DNA of 43,658 bases from Candidatus Dojkabacteria bacterium UBA2177 (GTDB lineage Bacteria; Patescibacteriota; Dojkabacteria; SC72). This document shows positions 8,432 to 17,700 of this stretch, one piece after another. The translations under genes and the position numbers were made by a program. The notes under the pieces were generated by a model, which searched no databases, was not told the DNA's origin, and saw only the letters and a program-made list of their open reading frames with translations. The stretch covers positions 1 to 43,658 of the forward strand of contig DCVX01000032.1 of NCBI GenBank assembly GCA_002328805.1, read 5' to 3'. Positions within the stretch are counted from its first letter, which is position 1; each line of letters starts with the position of its first letter.

Positions 8432-10159
8432 TTAATTTTTTAAGAAATCTAAAATATCTTCTACAAAGAATGGTCTCCCATCATACTTCAAAAGCCTCTC
8501 TTTAAATTCATACCCAATATTTTCTTTAATATAATTACCTAATTGTCCTGCCTGGTTATTTTCAACTAAGACTAGTCTCTTATTTGCAACTATTAACTCT
8601 TCCAGTTTCTCTGTTTTAAGAGGGGAGATATATTCATAATGTAGATAGCCTATCTTCCTAGAGTCTTTCTCTATTTCAATTGCATCTAAGACGGCATTTT
8701 TTACACTCCCCCATCCTACAAAGAACAAATTAGCATTTTTATCTCCATACAGAGTTGGTTCTGGTAATTCTTTTGCTAGAATTTCTAATTTTCTTAATCT
8801 TTTATTTGTCATTGCTATTGTTTCTTCTGAGTCTTCTGTGCTAGATCCGTCTTCTGAATGTTCATCACTATTTGCTAAGTAGGGTTTCTTCTCCTTGGAG
8901 GGAATCCATCTGGGAGATATGCCAGTATCTGTTATTTGGTATCTTTGTATATCATTTTCTACCTTATCTACTAATCCTCTTTCAATTCTCTCAACTCTAG
9001 GCATCTCTTTGAAATTGAAGATTGATTCAGAGATTTGCTTTTCCATCAGGAGTATGACTGGTAATTGATAAACTTCGGCAATATTAAGAGCCTTCTGGAT
9101 GAGTGTATAAGATGATTTAGCATCGCTTGTCGCTATAACTACCCTTGGAAATTCTCCATGGCTTGCTTTAAGTGCTACATTTAGATCTGATGCACCTGTC
9201 CAAGTTGGTAGTCCTGTTGCTGCGCCAGTTCTTTGGGATAATATAACAACAAGAGGTGTTTCAGACATCCCTGCACAGGAGATAGTTTCAGACATGAGGT
9301 CAAATCCTCCTCCTGAGGTAGCTACTAGTGCACGAGTCCCCATGTACATACTTCCCATTGCCATTTGGACTGCTGTAATTTCATTCTCTGCTTGTTTAAC
9401 TAAAATCCCAGTTTCTTGGGCGTTATCCCCTAGATATTTAAATATTGAGGTTGAGGGGGTCATCGGGTAGGCATAGTAAGCTCTAACACCGGCGGAAATT
9501 GCTCCTAAACCAATTGCCTGATTGCCAGTCATTACATAACTGTTGTTATTGTTAAACAACTCTTTTTTAGGAACATCTATTTTCTTGGCATATTCTGGTC
9601 TGAATGTAGCAGAATCATAGCCGGCTCTTATACACTTTTCTTCAGCTTCAAGATCAATATTTTTATTTTCAAAGTGTTTTAGTACAACATTTACTAATGT
9701 CTCCACTTCTAACTCTAGAATTCTCCACAGGAAGCCAAGCATAACAACATTGGACATAATCTTTGTCCCTCCAGCTTCAAGAGCTATGTTCTCAGAATCA
9801 AGAAATATTGAGGAAATGTTTTTCTTTTCTATATATAGTTTCTGCTCATCTGTAAGAGTAATATCTTTTTGGTCGTAGACAATAATTCCGTTCTCTTTAA
9901 CATCTTTTAAATATTCATTTAAAGAACTAGGTGTGAAAGCAAGGAGTATGTTGCAATATTTTGAAGAAGAATTAATTTCTTTGTTTGACAAGTCTACTTG
10001 GTAAGAAGCAACACCTCCTTTTATTAAGGATGGATACTCTCTGTAGGCAAAAACTCTCTGCCCATCTCTCTTGAGTGCTCTAACAAGTAAAACCCCTATT
10101 GTGTTTATTCCTTGTCCAGATGCCCCACCAAATTTTACAGAAACTCTCTGAGTCTGCAT
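8432..10159 (-). CDS. 2-oxoacid:ferredoxin oxidoreductase, fused gamma-alpha subunit
   Basis: The N-terminal gamma-type domain reads KFGGASGQGINTIG. It is followed by an alpha/pyrimidine-binding domain (GNQAIGLGAISAGVRAYYAYPMTPST, AENEITAVQMAMGSMYMGTRA). Substrate (pyruvate versus another 2-oxoacid) cannot be told from the sequence. Confidence 0.9.
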   Translation of the reverse strand: MQTQRVSVKFGGASGQGINTIGVLLVRALKRDGQRVFAYREYPSLIKGGVASYQVDLSNKEINSSSKYCNILLAFTPSSLNEYLKDVKENGIIVYDQKDITLTDEQKLYIEKKNISSIFLDSENIALEAGGTKIMSNVVMLGFLWRILELEVETLVNVVLKHFENKNIDLEAEEKCIRAGYDSATFRPEYAKKIDVPKKELFNNNNSYVMTGNQAIGLGAISAGVRAYYAYPMTPSTSIFKYLGDNAQETGILVKQAENEITAVQMAMGSMYMGTRALVATSGGGFDLMSETISCAGMSETPLVVILSQRTGAATGLPTWTGASDLNVALKASHGEFPRVVIATSDAKSSYTLIQKALNIAEVYQLPVILLMEKQISESIFNFKEMPRVERIERGLVDKVENDIQRYQITDTGISPRWIPSKEKKPYLANSDEHSEDGSSTEDSEETIAMTNKRLRKLEILAKELPEPTLYGDKNANLFFVGWGSVKNAVLDAIEIEKDSRKIGYLHYEYISPLKTEKLEELIVANKRLVLVENNQAGQLGNYIKENIGYEFKERLLKYDGRPFFVEDILDFLKN

Positions 10160-10231
10160 GTTGTTTTAATATACTTGATGTCGTTTAATATGTAAACTCT
10201 CAACCTGATTTGATTTGAAATTCTGGTTGTT

Positions 10232-11005
10232 TTAATCAAATAATGTACTACCCCCTGTTTCTAAAACTCTCTCAATGTTCCATCTGAGATCTTCCTTCTC
10301 TGTTATATTATTAAGCATCCATTCAAGATAACCTCTATCTTCTTTTGCAATATCTGCTAATAAATGGCCAGCATATTTTCCAAAATTAATATTTCTTATA
10401 TATGCAGGTTCTTTAGATATCTGGATCATGTTCTCGATACTAAGTTTACTGTTGCTTTGTATGTACTTAAAAAGATCTCTTAAAAAGTAAACATCACTTA
10501 GTGCATCATGTGCCGTGTTATGATCTAGGTCTTCCTTCTTGTAAAGACCAAGATAGTATCTTAAATATTGTAACGAATAGCTCTCTAAATCTCTCTTCTC
10601 TTCTGTAAACATGTTCCTAGCTAATTTGAAGGTACAAATGGTTCTGGGGATTTCAAGGCCCTTTCTTTCAAGAACCTCTTTGTCAAATTCCACATTGTGA
10701 GCTACCCAGATATATTCTTTTGCAAGATATTCTAAATATTCTTTTAAGTTTTTTCCTGCGAATTCTCTCTCTTTATAGTCCTCTGGGACTTTAGAATCTT
10801 CAAATGTGGGGTAATCTGCGAGAAATTCTGGCGTTAAGTGATGAATAGCCATTGCTGTATAGCTAACTTTTTGTATGGGATTGAAAAACATATTTAAGGT
10901 AGTTCCATCTTCCTTTAAAATCGCAAGTTGAATAATATCTTTGCTCTGGATGTCAGTTGTTTCTGTGTCGAAGTATAATATTTCTTCTTTCTTATCTTTT
11001 TGCAT
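10232..11005 (-). CDS. DEDDh-type 3'-5' exonuclease (DnaQ/ExoX-like) with C-terminal FGKY..G..L......YL.W tail domain
   Basis: Exo motifs are YFDTETTD (ExoI), VAHNVEFD (ExoII) and HDALSDVYF (ExoIII, His type). The C-terminal INFGKYAGHLLADIAKEDRGYLEWML resembles the small domain found on ExoX-like and DUF3820-type proteins. Confidence 0.8.
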   Translation of the reverse strand: MQKDKKEEILYFDTETTDIQSKDIIQLAILKEDGTTLNMFFNPIQKVSYTAMAIHHLTPEFLADYPTFEDSKVPEDYKEREFAGKNLKEYLEYLAKEYIWVAHNVEFDKEVLERKGLEIPRTICTFKLARNMFTEEKRDLESYSLQYLRYYLGLYKKEDLDHNTAHDALSDVYFLRDLFKYIQSNSKLSIENMIQISKEPAYIRNINFGKYAGHLLADIAKEDRGYLEWMLNNITEKEDLRWNIERVLETGGSTLFD

Positions 11006-11062
11006 ATTTTTTAGTATACCACTAATTAATTTTTTAATTTTAATAATGTTGTATAATTTGCC

Positions 11063-11827
11063 ATGATAATAACTAAGCCAAAAGAAGAAAAGATTTTAAG
11101 GGAAGTTGCAGGGATATCAGTAAAGATTTTATCCCAATTAAGAGATGAAATAAGAGAGGGTGTAACAGGTCTAGAGATAGATAGGCAGGCTGGTTTTTTA
11201 TGTAAGAAATATGGTGTAAAACCAGCATTTAAAAGAGTTAAGGGATATAACTATAATACCTGTATATCTGTAAATGATGTCGCTGTTCATGGAATTCCTA
11301 AGGATATTCCTTTTAAGAAAGGAGATCTGATTTCTATAGACTTTGGGATATATCACAAAAAAATCTATACAGATCACTGTTGGACTTGGAGTATTGGGGA
11401 GCCAAGTAAAGATAATGCCAAACTTCTTAAGGCTGGGAGGGAAGCTGTCGAGAATGCTGTCAAAAAAGCAGTAGTAGGAAACAGAGTTGGAGATTTGGGA
11501 TATGAAATGGAGAAGGGTGCAAATGAGAATGGTTATAACACTCTTAGAATGTTTGTAGGTCATGGAATAGGATATACATTGCATGATGAGCCAGAGATAT
11601 ACGCATACGGAGACAAGGGCACAGGGCAACCTCTTGAAGATGGTATGGTCATCTGTGTCGAATGTCAGGTTGTAGATGATATTTCTGATATAGAGATAGA
11701 TGAGGATGGGTGGTCTGCTAAGACAGTAAATGGTGGAAATAGTGTTATGTTTGAATATATGGTTATTGTAAGAGATAAAAAGCCTGAGATATTAACAAAT
11801 ACTCTAGATTGGGGTACAACTGTCTAG
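11063..11827 (+). CDS. map: Type I methionine aminopeptidase
   Basis: Metal-ligand context is present: VAVHGIP, DLISIDFG (D), TDHCWTW (D), FVGHGIG (H), ICVECQV (E), FEYMVIV (E). Confidence 0.93.
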   Translation: MIITKPKEEKILREVAGISVKILSQLRDEIREGVTGLEIDRQAGFLCKKYGVKPAFKRVKGYNYNTCISVNDVAVHGIPKDIPFKKGDLISIDFGIYHKKIYTDHCWTWSIGEPSKDNAKLLKAGREAVENAVKKAVVGNRVGDLGYEMEKGANENGYNTLRMFVGHGIGYTLHDEPEIYAYGDKGTGQPLEDGMVICVECQVVDDISDIEIDEDGWSAKTVNGGNSVMFEYMVIVRDKKPEILTNTLDWGTTV

Positions 11828-11840
11828 ATTCTTCCAAAAA

Positions 11841-11849
11841 TGGTATAAT
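11841..11849 (+). promoter_or_regulatory. Perfect extended -10 element TGGTATAAT
   Basis: A TGnTATAAT match lies 14 nt after the map stop and about 185 nt upstream of the next ATG (12035). I saw no good -35 element, which extended -10 promoters do not require. Confidence 0.4.
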
Positions 11850-12034
11850 ATACTATAGGTTTAATACCTGTTTATTCCTTTTTGTCTTGGAACATAAGGA
11901 ATAATCGCTCTTTAAAAAGGTCTATCTAGACATATCCTCTGGATTGATAACGGCACTAAGGTATTTATATATATTGCTATGTATATTTTTGTGTCGTTAT
12001 TAATCATGCCTACTAGGTAACAAAAGGAGATGCT

Positions 12035-12385
12035 ATGTTTAACAAAAAGTTTTTCTTATTCCTGTTTGTTCTTCCAGTTCTCTTGACATCTTGTTCCTCT
12101 GAGAATCCTGTTCCTTGGAACAAAATTGAGGTTCTCGAGGAAACAAACCCTGAATATTTGGGATCCTATCGCTTCAAAAGATGCTGGGGTAATTCCTATG
12201 ACAGAGTTTGTGAAGAAGAATATGGGGAGTGGAGTTCTGATCTAGAACTTTTCCTCGATCAAAACAGGAAAATCTGTTTTGGAGGCTTTGAAGAAGGTAA
12301 GGTGTATGCTCGGCCTGATTATGAATGGGTTGAAACAAAACACCAAGGTCGGAATTGCATTCAATTACAGAAGAAAGGAAAATAA
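12035..12385 (+). CDS. Small Cys-containing putative lipoprotein, unknown function
   Basis: The signal peptide plus lipobox read MFNKKFFLFLFVLPVLLTSC. A good SD (AAGGAG) sits 6-7 nt upstream. The gene is followed by a long hairpin and a T-run. I recognise no family. Confidence 0.6.
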   Translation: MFNKKFFLFLFVLPVLLTSCSSENPVPWNKIEVLEETNPEYLGSYRFKRCWGNSYDRVCEEEYGEWSSDLELFLDQNRKICFGGFEEGKVYARPDYEWVETKHQGRNCIQLQKKGK

Positions 12386-12403
12386 TGAAATGATAGATCT
12401 TTT

Positions 12404-12477
12404 GGGAGGGAACTCTGTGTAAATATATTAGCTTTATGCTAAACAACACAGATTCCCTCCTTAAAACCCCTTTTTTT
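12404..12477 (+). terminator. Rho-independent terminator-like long hairpin plus T-run
   Basis: GGGAGGGAACTCTGTGT (12404-12420) pairs with ACACAGATTCCCTCC (12446-12460), with one bulged C. It is followed by TTAAAACCCC and TTTTTTT (12471-12477). Confidence 0.55.
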
Positions 12478-12532
12478 GGATAATCCCCTTTATATGATAC
12501 AATAGCTTGTTAACTTGTTGCAGAGGAATATT

Positions 12533-13468
12533 ATGGAAAATATATACGATATTGCTATCATTGGTGCAGGACCAGCCGGTTTAAGTGCAAGTATCTATGC
12601 AGGTAGGTATAAGCTTAAAAATATTGTTTTTGGAAAGCAAATAGGTGGAACAATTGCAGATGCTCACAAGGTATGTAATTACCCTGGTGTAGAAGATATA
12701 ACAGGATTAGAGCTTGGGACAAGGATGTATGAACAAGCAAAGAAAAACGGTGCCAACATCTCCCCTGAAAGCGTTGTTAGCGTAGAAAGAGAAGGAGATT
12801 TCTTTAAATTGGAAACAGATAATAAAAAAGAGATTCTTGCAAAGACAATAATACTTGCTACAGGAACAAAAAGGAATAAATTAGCAGTTCCTGGAGAGGA
12901 TGAATATTTAGGAAAAGGTGTTTCTTATTGTGCAACCTGTGATGCTATGTTTTGTAAAGAGAAGGTCGTTGGTGTAGTCGGAGGGAGTAATGCTGCAACG
13001 ATGGCTGCGACAATGTTGGCAGATATTGCAAAACAAGTTTATATTATTTATAGAGGCAATGAGCTTAGAGGGGAACCTGCTTGGATAGATGATGTTAAAT
13101 CTAAAAAGAATGTAGAAATTATCCTAAATACTGTAGTGACTGCAATAGAAGGAGATGGAACTGTCGAGAGAGTGAAATTGAGCAAGGAGTTTAACGGTTC
13201 CCAGTATCTTAATGTTAGTGCTTTATTTATAGAGATAGGAACTGAACCAAATGCTGATTTACCAGTTAAATTGGGTGTAGAACTAGATGAAAAACAGTAT
13301 ATAATTGTTAAAGATGACCAATCTACAAGTATAGAAGGTATCTGGGCGGCTGGTGATGCAACTACTAATTCAAATAAACTTCAACAGGTGGTAACTGCCG
13401 TTGGAGAAGGTGCTGTAGCAGCTAATTCAATATATTACTATCTAAAGGAAGATTCTAGTAGACACTAA
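12533..13468 (+). CDS. trxB: Thioredoxin-disulfide reductase
   Basis: FAD motif DIAIIGAGPAGLSASIYAGR, redox-active CATCD, NAD(P)H motif VVGGSNAA, and C-terminal GIWAAGD. I prefer the ATG at 12533 (MENIYD) over the track's TTG at 12515. Confidence 0.92.
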   Translation: MENIYDIAIIGAGPAGLSASIYAGRYKLKNIVFGKQIGGTIADAHKVCNYPGVEDITGLELGTRMYEQAKKNGANISPESVVSVEREGDFFKLETDNKKEILAKTIILATGTKRNKLAVPGEDEYLGKGVSYCATCDAMFCKEKVVGVVGGSNAATMAATMLADIAKQVYIIYRGNELRGEPAWIDDVKSKKNVEIILNTVVTAIEGDGTVERVKLSKEFNGSQYLNVSALFIEIGTEPNADLPVKLGVELDEKQYIIVKDDQSTSIEGIWAAGDATTNSNKLQQVVTAVGEGAVAANSIYYYLKEDSSRH

Positions 13469-13479
13469 TTTGTTCTTCT

Positions 13480-14004
13480 CTACTCTCTTTTTGAATTCTC
13501 TGCTTGGGACTTTTTAAATTGGTACCATTCTTCTAGGTAGTTAGAACTGGACCATACCTTGTCCTTACCTACTCCATACTCTATTCTCCCACCATAACCT
13601 TCTATAATATCTGCCTCCCATTTAAGTCCACTCTTAGGATCATGTCTATTTTTCTCATCTCTATCTCCACCTTTAGTAAATACATCTGGTCTCACAATCT
13701 TTATTGCATCTGCACAGTGCCATGCATCAGGATCCTCATGGATAACAACATAATCTACTCCTTTAATAGCATCTGCTATCTCTGCTCTGTCTACTGCTGG
13801 CATAAAAGCTTTTCCTTTCTTGTTAGCTGCCCTAGTATCTCCATCTATTATTATTACTAAAACATCTCCAAACTTCTTAGATTCTAATATGCAAGATATA
13901 TGTCCAGGATGTGGTGGGTCAAAAAACATTGAAGTAGCAACTATCTTTTTTCCCTTAAGTTTCTCCTCTCTTATTTTTGCAAATTCTTCTAAAGAAACGA
14001 TCAT
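13480..14004 (-). CDS. Cytidylyltransferase-like nucleotidyltransferase (HxGH family; RfaE-II/TagD-like)
   Basis: FDPPHPGHISCI matches the (T/H)xGH nucleotidyltransferase signature. The size is about 170 aa. Substrate cannot be determined. Confidence 0.72.
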   Translation of the reverse strand: MIVSLEEFAKIREEKLKGKKIVATSMFFDPPHPGHISCILESKKFGDVLVIIIDGDTRAANKKGKAFMPAVDRAEIADAIKGVDYVVIHEDPDAWHCADAIKIVRPDVFTKGGDRDEKNRHDPKSGLKWEADIIEGYGGRIEYGVGKDKVWSSSNYLEEWYQFKKSQAENSKRE

Positions 14005-14171
14005 AAATTTTGAATTAATGAAATTATGTTAATAAGTTAATAAAAATATTACCATATATTTTATCTTGGAGATATATAGATGACCCTGTAGTCATTTTAA
14101 TAGACTTTTTGGTTTTGTAAGATCTTCCCTTGTTTAAGGTAATAACACCAAATTGGGTTTACTACAGGATA

Positions 14172-14200
14172 TTGACACATACAACCTGTTGCATTATGTT
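14172..14200 (+). promoter_or_regulatory. Candidate sigma70 promoter of the nrdR-nrdD-nrdG cassette (TTGACA-17 nt-TATGTT)
   Basis: TTGACA lies at 14172-14177, followed by a 17-nt spacer and TATGTT at 14195-14200. The NrdR-box-like palindrome starts 10 nt downstream. Confidence 0.45.
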
Positions 14201-14209
14201 ATTTACCAC

Positions 14210-14225
14210 ATACAATATATTGTGA
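14210..14225 (+). promoter_or_regulatory. NrdR-box-like operator
   Basis: ATACAATATATTGTGA contains the perfect 12-bp palindrome ACAATATATTGT (14212-14223). It matches 14 of 16 positions of the published NrdR-box consensus acaCwAtATaTwGtgt as I recall it. It lies between the candidate -10 and the nrdR ATG (14234). Confidence 0.6.
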
Positions 14226-14233
14226 TTGTTTTT

Positions 14234-14683
14234 ATGAAATGTCCATTTTGCTGTAGCGAAGAAACAAAAGTAGTAGATAAAAGAGATAATAAAGAGGATA
14301 GCTCTATAAGAAGAAGGCGGGAGTGCTTAAAATGCAGTAAGAGGTTTACTACCTATGAGAGGATAGAGAAGGCAGATTTGAGTATTGAGAAGAAAGACGG
14401 CTCTTTAGAGAGGTTTGATACTGAGAAAATTCTCAAAGGCATTAAGAAAGCTGTCGATCTTGACAAAATTCCAGAAGAGGAGATCGAAGACTTTGTAGAT
14501 GAGATTGAGAGGTATGTTTTTAATAAAGATGAGATTGTTAGGTCTGAAGAGATTGGTTTAATGGTTCTGGATTGGTTAAAAACAAAAGATTCTTTAGCTT
14601 ATATTAGGTTCGCATCTGTATATAAGGACTTTAAGAGTCTAGATGAAATTGTAAATGAAATAAAAGTTATACAAAAAATTTAA
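14234..14683 (+). CDS. nrdR: Transcriptional repressor NrdR (Zn-ribbon plus ATP-cone)
   Basis: MKCPFCCSEETKVVDKRDNKEDSSIRRRRECLKCSKRFTTYERIE is the canonical NrdR Zn ribbon, followed by an ATP-cone. The track's upstream extension (14153) covers the promoter and operator, so the ATG at 14234 is the likely start. Confidence 0.93.
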   Translation: MKCPFCCSEETKVVDKRDNKEDSSIRRRRECLKCSKRFTTYERIEKADLSIEKKDGSLERFDTEKILKGIKKAVDLDKIPEEEIEDFVDEIERYVFNKDEIVRSEEIGLMVLDWLKTKDSLAYIRFASVYKDFKSLDEIVNEIKVIQKI

Positions 14684-14700
14684 ATTATTAATATATAAAG

Positions 14701-17700
14701 ATGTCTGCCCAGAAAACTGCCAAGATGTTCAAAGTCAAGAAGAGAGATGGAAGAATAGTTGAATTCCAAAAAGAGAGATTAGCAACTGGAATATTCAAAG
14801 CTGCCGAAAGTGTTGGAGGTGAGGATAGGGAGAGAGCGAATGAGATTGCCGATGAAGTAGTTAGGAGATTAAAAGAGAAATATTCTGGTAAAGAATATGT
14901 TACCACAAAAAAAATTGCAGCTGTTACAACTCAAACCTTGATAGATATGGGTCATGGAAAGACTTCTGTAGCATTTGAATTGTTTGTAGACCTAAAGAAC
15001 CAAGTTAAGAATATCAAGTCACTTATAGATGCAGACACTCTTGTAAGCGGTTATATAGACAAGGTTGACTGGCAGGTTAATGAAAACAGTAATATGGCCT
15101 ATTCATGGCAAGGATTAAATCACTACATTTCCTCAACAGTCCAGGCCAACTACTGGTTACATAGTATATATCCCAAAGAGATTTCTAATGCGAATATAGA
15201 TAAGGATTTCCATATCCATGATTTAGGAATGTTAGCAACGTATTGTAATGGTTGGAGTTTAGAAGACTTACTTCTTAGGGGTTTTACTGGTGTAAAGGGT
15301 AAGATTTCTTGTGCTCCTCCAAAGCATTTTAGTACAGCATTGGGACAAGCTGTAAACTTTCTTTATACTCTTCAACATGAAGCTGCAGGTGCTCAAGCAT
15401 TTTCAAGTTTTGATACATATCTTGCACCCTTTATAAGATATGACAATCTTACTTACAAGCAAGTAAAGCAGAAAATGCAGGAATTCCTTTACAACATGAA
15501 TGTACCAACAAGAGTGGGGTGCCAGTGTGTGTCCGAAGACACTCAGATACTCACACCAAAAGGATGGGCAACGTACGAGGATATAAAAGAGGGTATTCTT
15601 ATAAAAACTTTTAATTTAGAAACAGGAGAAATAGAAAACCAAAAAGTCGAGTCTGTTTTTAAAGGTCAGTATAAAGGTGTTATGTACAATCTTAAAAATA
15701 GAATTCAGGATCAATTGATTTCTCCTGGGCATCGCGTAGTTAGAAAACTCTTCAATTCTGACAAATATATTTTAGAACCGATTGAGGAGGTTGCAAAATT
15801 AAAATCACCTATTGTAATTCCTATAGCAGGCGACAATACACTTAATGGTCATGTAGATCTATCAGATGAGCAGTTACGTTTAATGGCATGGATTATTAGT
15901 GAGGGTTCCATTGGGAAAAACGGGAAGCACAGGAGTTGTTATAGAGTTTCTATCTATCAGTCTAAACTAAAGAACAGAAAAAATTATGATGAAATTAAAA
16001 ATTTGTTAAATCATTTTGGTTTTAAATATTCAGAGACTGAAAAATCGGGACTAGGAGAACCTGTCGTAAGATTTAGAATAAATGCAGAAGGTTCAAAAAC
16101 TATTCACAAATGGTTTGGGAGTAAAGAAAATGTTAAGAGCATACCAAAAGATATTCTTAATTTAAATCTGGAAAAGTCTAGATTGTTTTTGAATACATAT
16201 ATCAAGGGCGATGGTCATGAAAGTTGTAAGATTTCTACAACTAGTTTAGAGATATTAAATGCCCTGCAAATTGTAGCTGTAAATGCTGGATATGGTTTTA
16301 CTGTTCTTACAAGAAAACCAACTTTAGGGAAAAAGAAAATATATGTTCTGCGATTAATTAAACATAAAAACACCTATATACAAGAGATTACAAAAGTTAA
16401 ATATGATGGAGTAATCTGGTGTCCACATACAAAAAATGAAACTATAATTGCAAAAAGAAATGGTAAGGTCTTTATTACAGGAAATACACCTTTTACAAAT
16501 ATAACTATGGATCTTGTTCCTAGTGGTCAATTAGCTGAACAGGGAGTAATTATTGGTGGGGAAATACAGAAAGAGAAATATAAAGATTTTGAAAAAGAAA
16601 TGGCTATGCTTAATAGAGCCTTCTGTGAAATTATGATGGAAGGAGATGCTCAAGGAAGACTATTCTCTTGGCCAATTCCTACATACAATATAACTAAAAA
16701 TTTTGATTGGAATAATCCTAAATACAAGCCTGTGTGGGAGATGACTGCAAAGTATGGTATTCCCTACTTCTCCAATTTCATGAATTCAGATATGAACCCA
16801 GATGATGCTAGGAGCATGTGCCTTCATCCCGAAGAAGAAATCGTTTACAAAGAAGGAGGAAATATAAAGAGAGGAAATATTGGTGATTTAGTAGAAAGTC
16901 ATAGAGGTGGAGAATATGATAAAGACGGTTGGGCAAAGATAAAAAAGAATGAAGGGTTAGAAGCATTGTCATTGGATTTAGAAAGTGGAAAAACAGAATG
17001 GGTTCCTATTATAAGATTTTTAAGGATTGAAGATGATGAACTTGTTAAATTGACCTTAGAGGATGGAAAAGAAATTAGGGTGTCTTCAAAGCATCTAATT
17101 CCTGTGTTAACCAAGGAGGGCTTTAAAAACAAAATGGCAAAAGATGTTGATAAAAATGACTACCTTCTTAACCTTAAACAAACAGATCAATTTAATACTA
17201 AGTATCAAAAAATTTCCAAAGATATAATTTTAGATGAGAGTGTAGCAAAGATTCTTGGCTATTTTGTTGCTGATGGTAATTATCTGAAAGAGAGTAGAAA
17301 AAACATGAAGCTGTGTGGAGAACCAAAAGGTTTACAGTTTACATTTAATTCAAAAACAAAGGAAAACTTAAAAGAGATTAAAAAGCTATTAAAAGATTGT
17401 TTTAATGTTTCTACTAAAGAAAAACAAGATCCTAGATACAACACCTACTACCTTTATGTCTATGATTCTATGATGGCACGAACATTAAAAGAAGCAGGGT
17501 TTGAAAAGTATGGAAGATTACCAAACATACTTTTTAATTCCCCAAAGACAGTCATAGAAGCTTTCTTGGATTACCACTTTAAGGGAGATGGTTATGAAAA
17601 AAGAGAAGAGGTTCATATAAATGATTTGGAACTAGCAAGAGACCTTACTCTTCTGTATTCCTTAATTGGAAAACCAGTAACATATAAAGAGAGAGGGAAT

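Noticed and set aside
14178-14194. A second NrdR box upstream of the first, in the expected tandem arrangement
   Set aside because: Only a weak CAAC..GTTG partial palindrome is present, with a poor match to the consensus.
14153-14233. 27-codon N-terminal extension of nrdR
   Set aside because: NrdR universally begins with the MxCP.C Zn ribbon (ATG 14234). The extension covers the candidate promoter and NrdR box.
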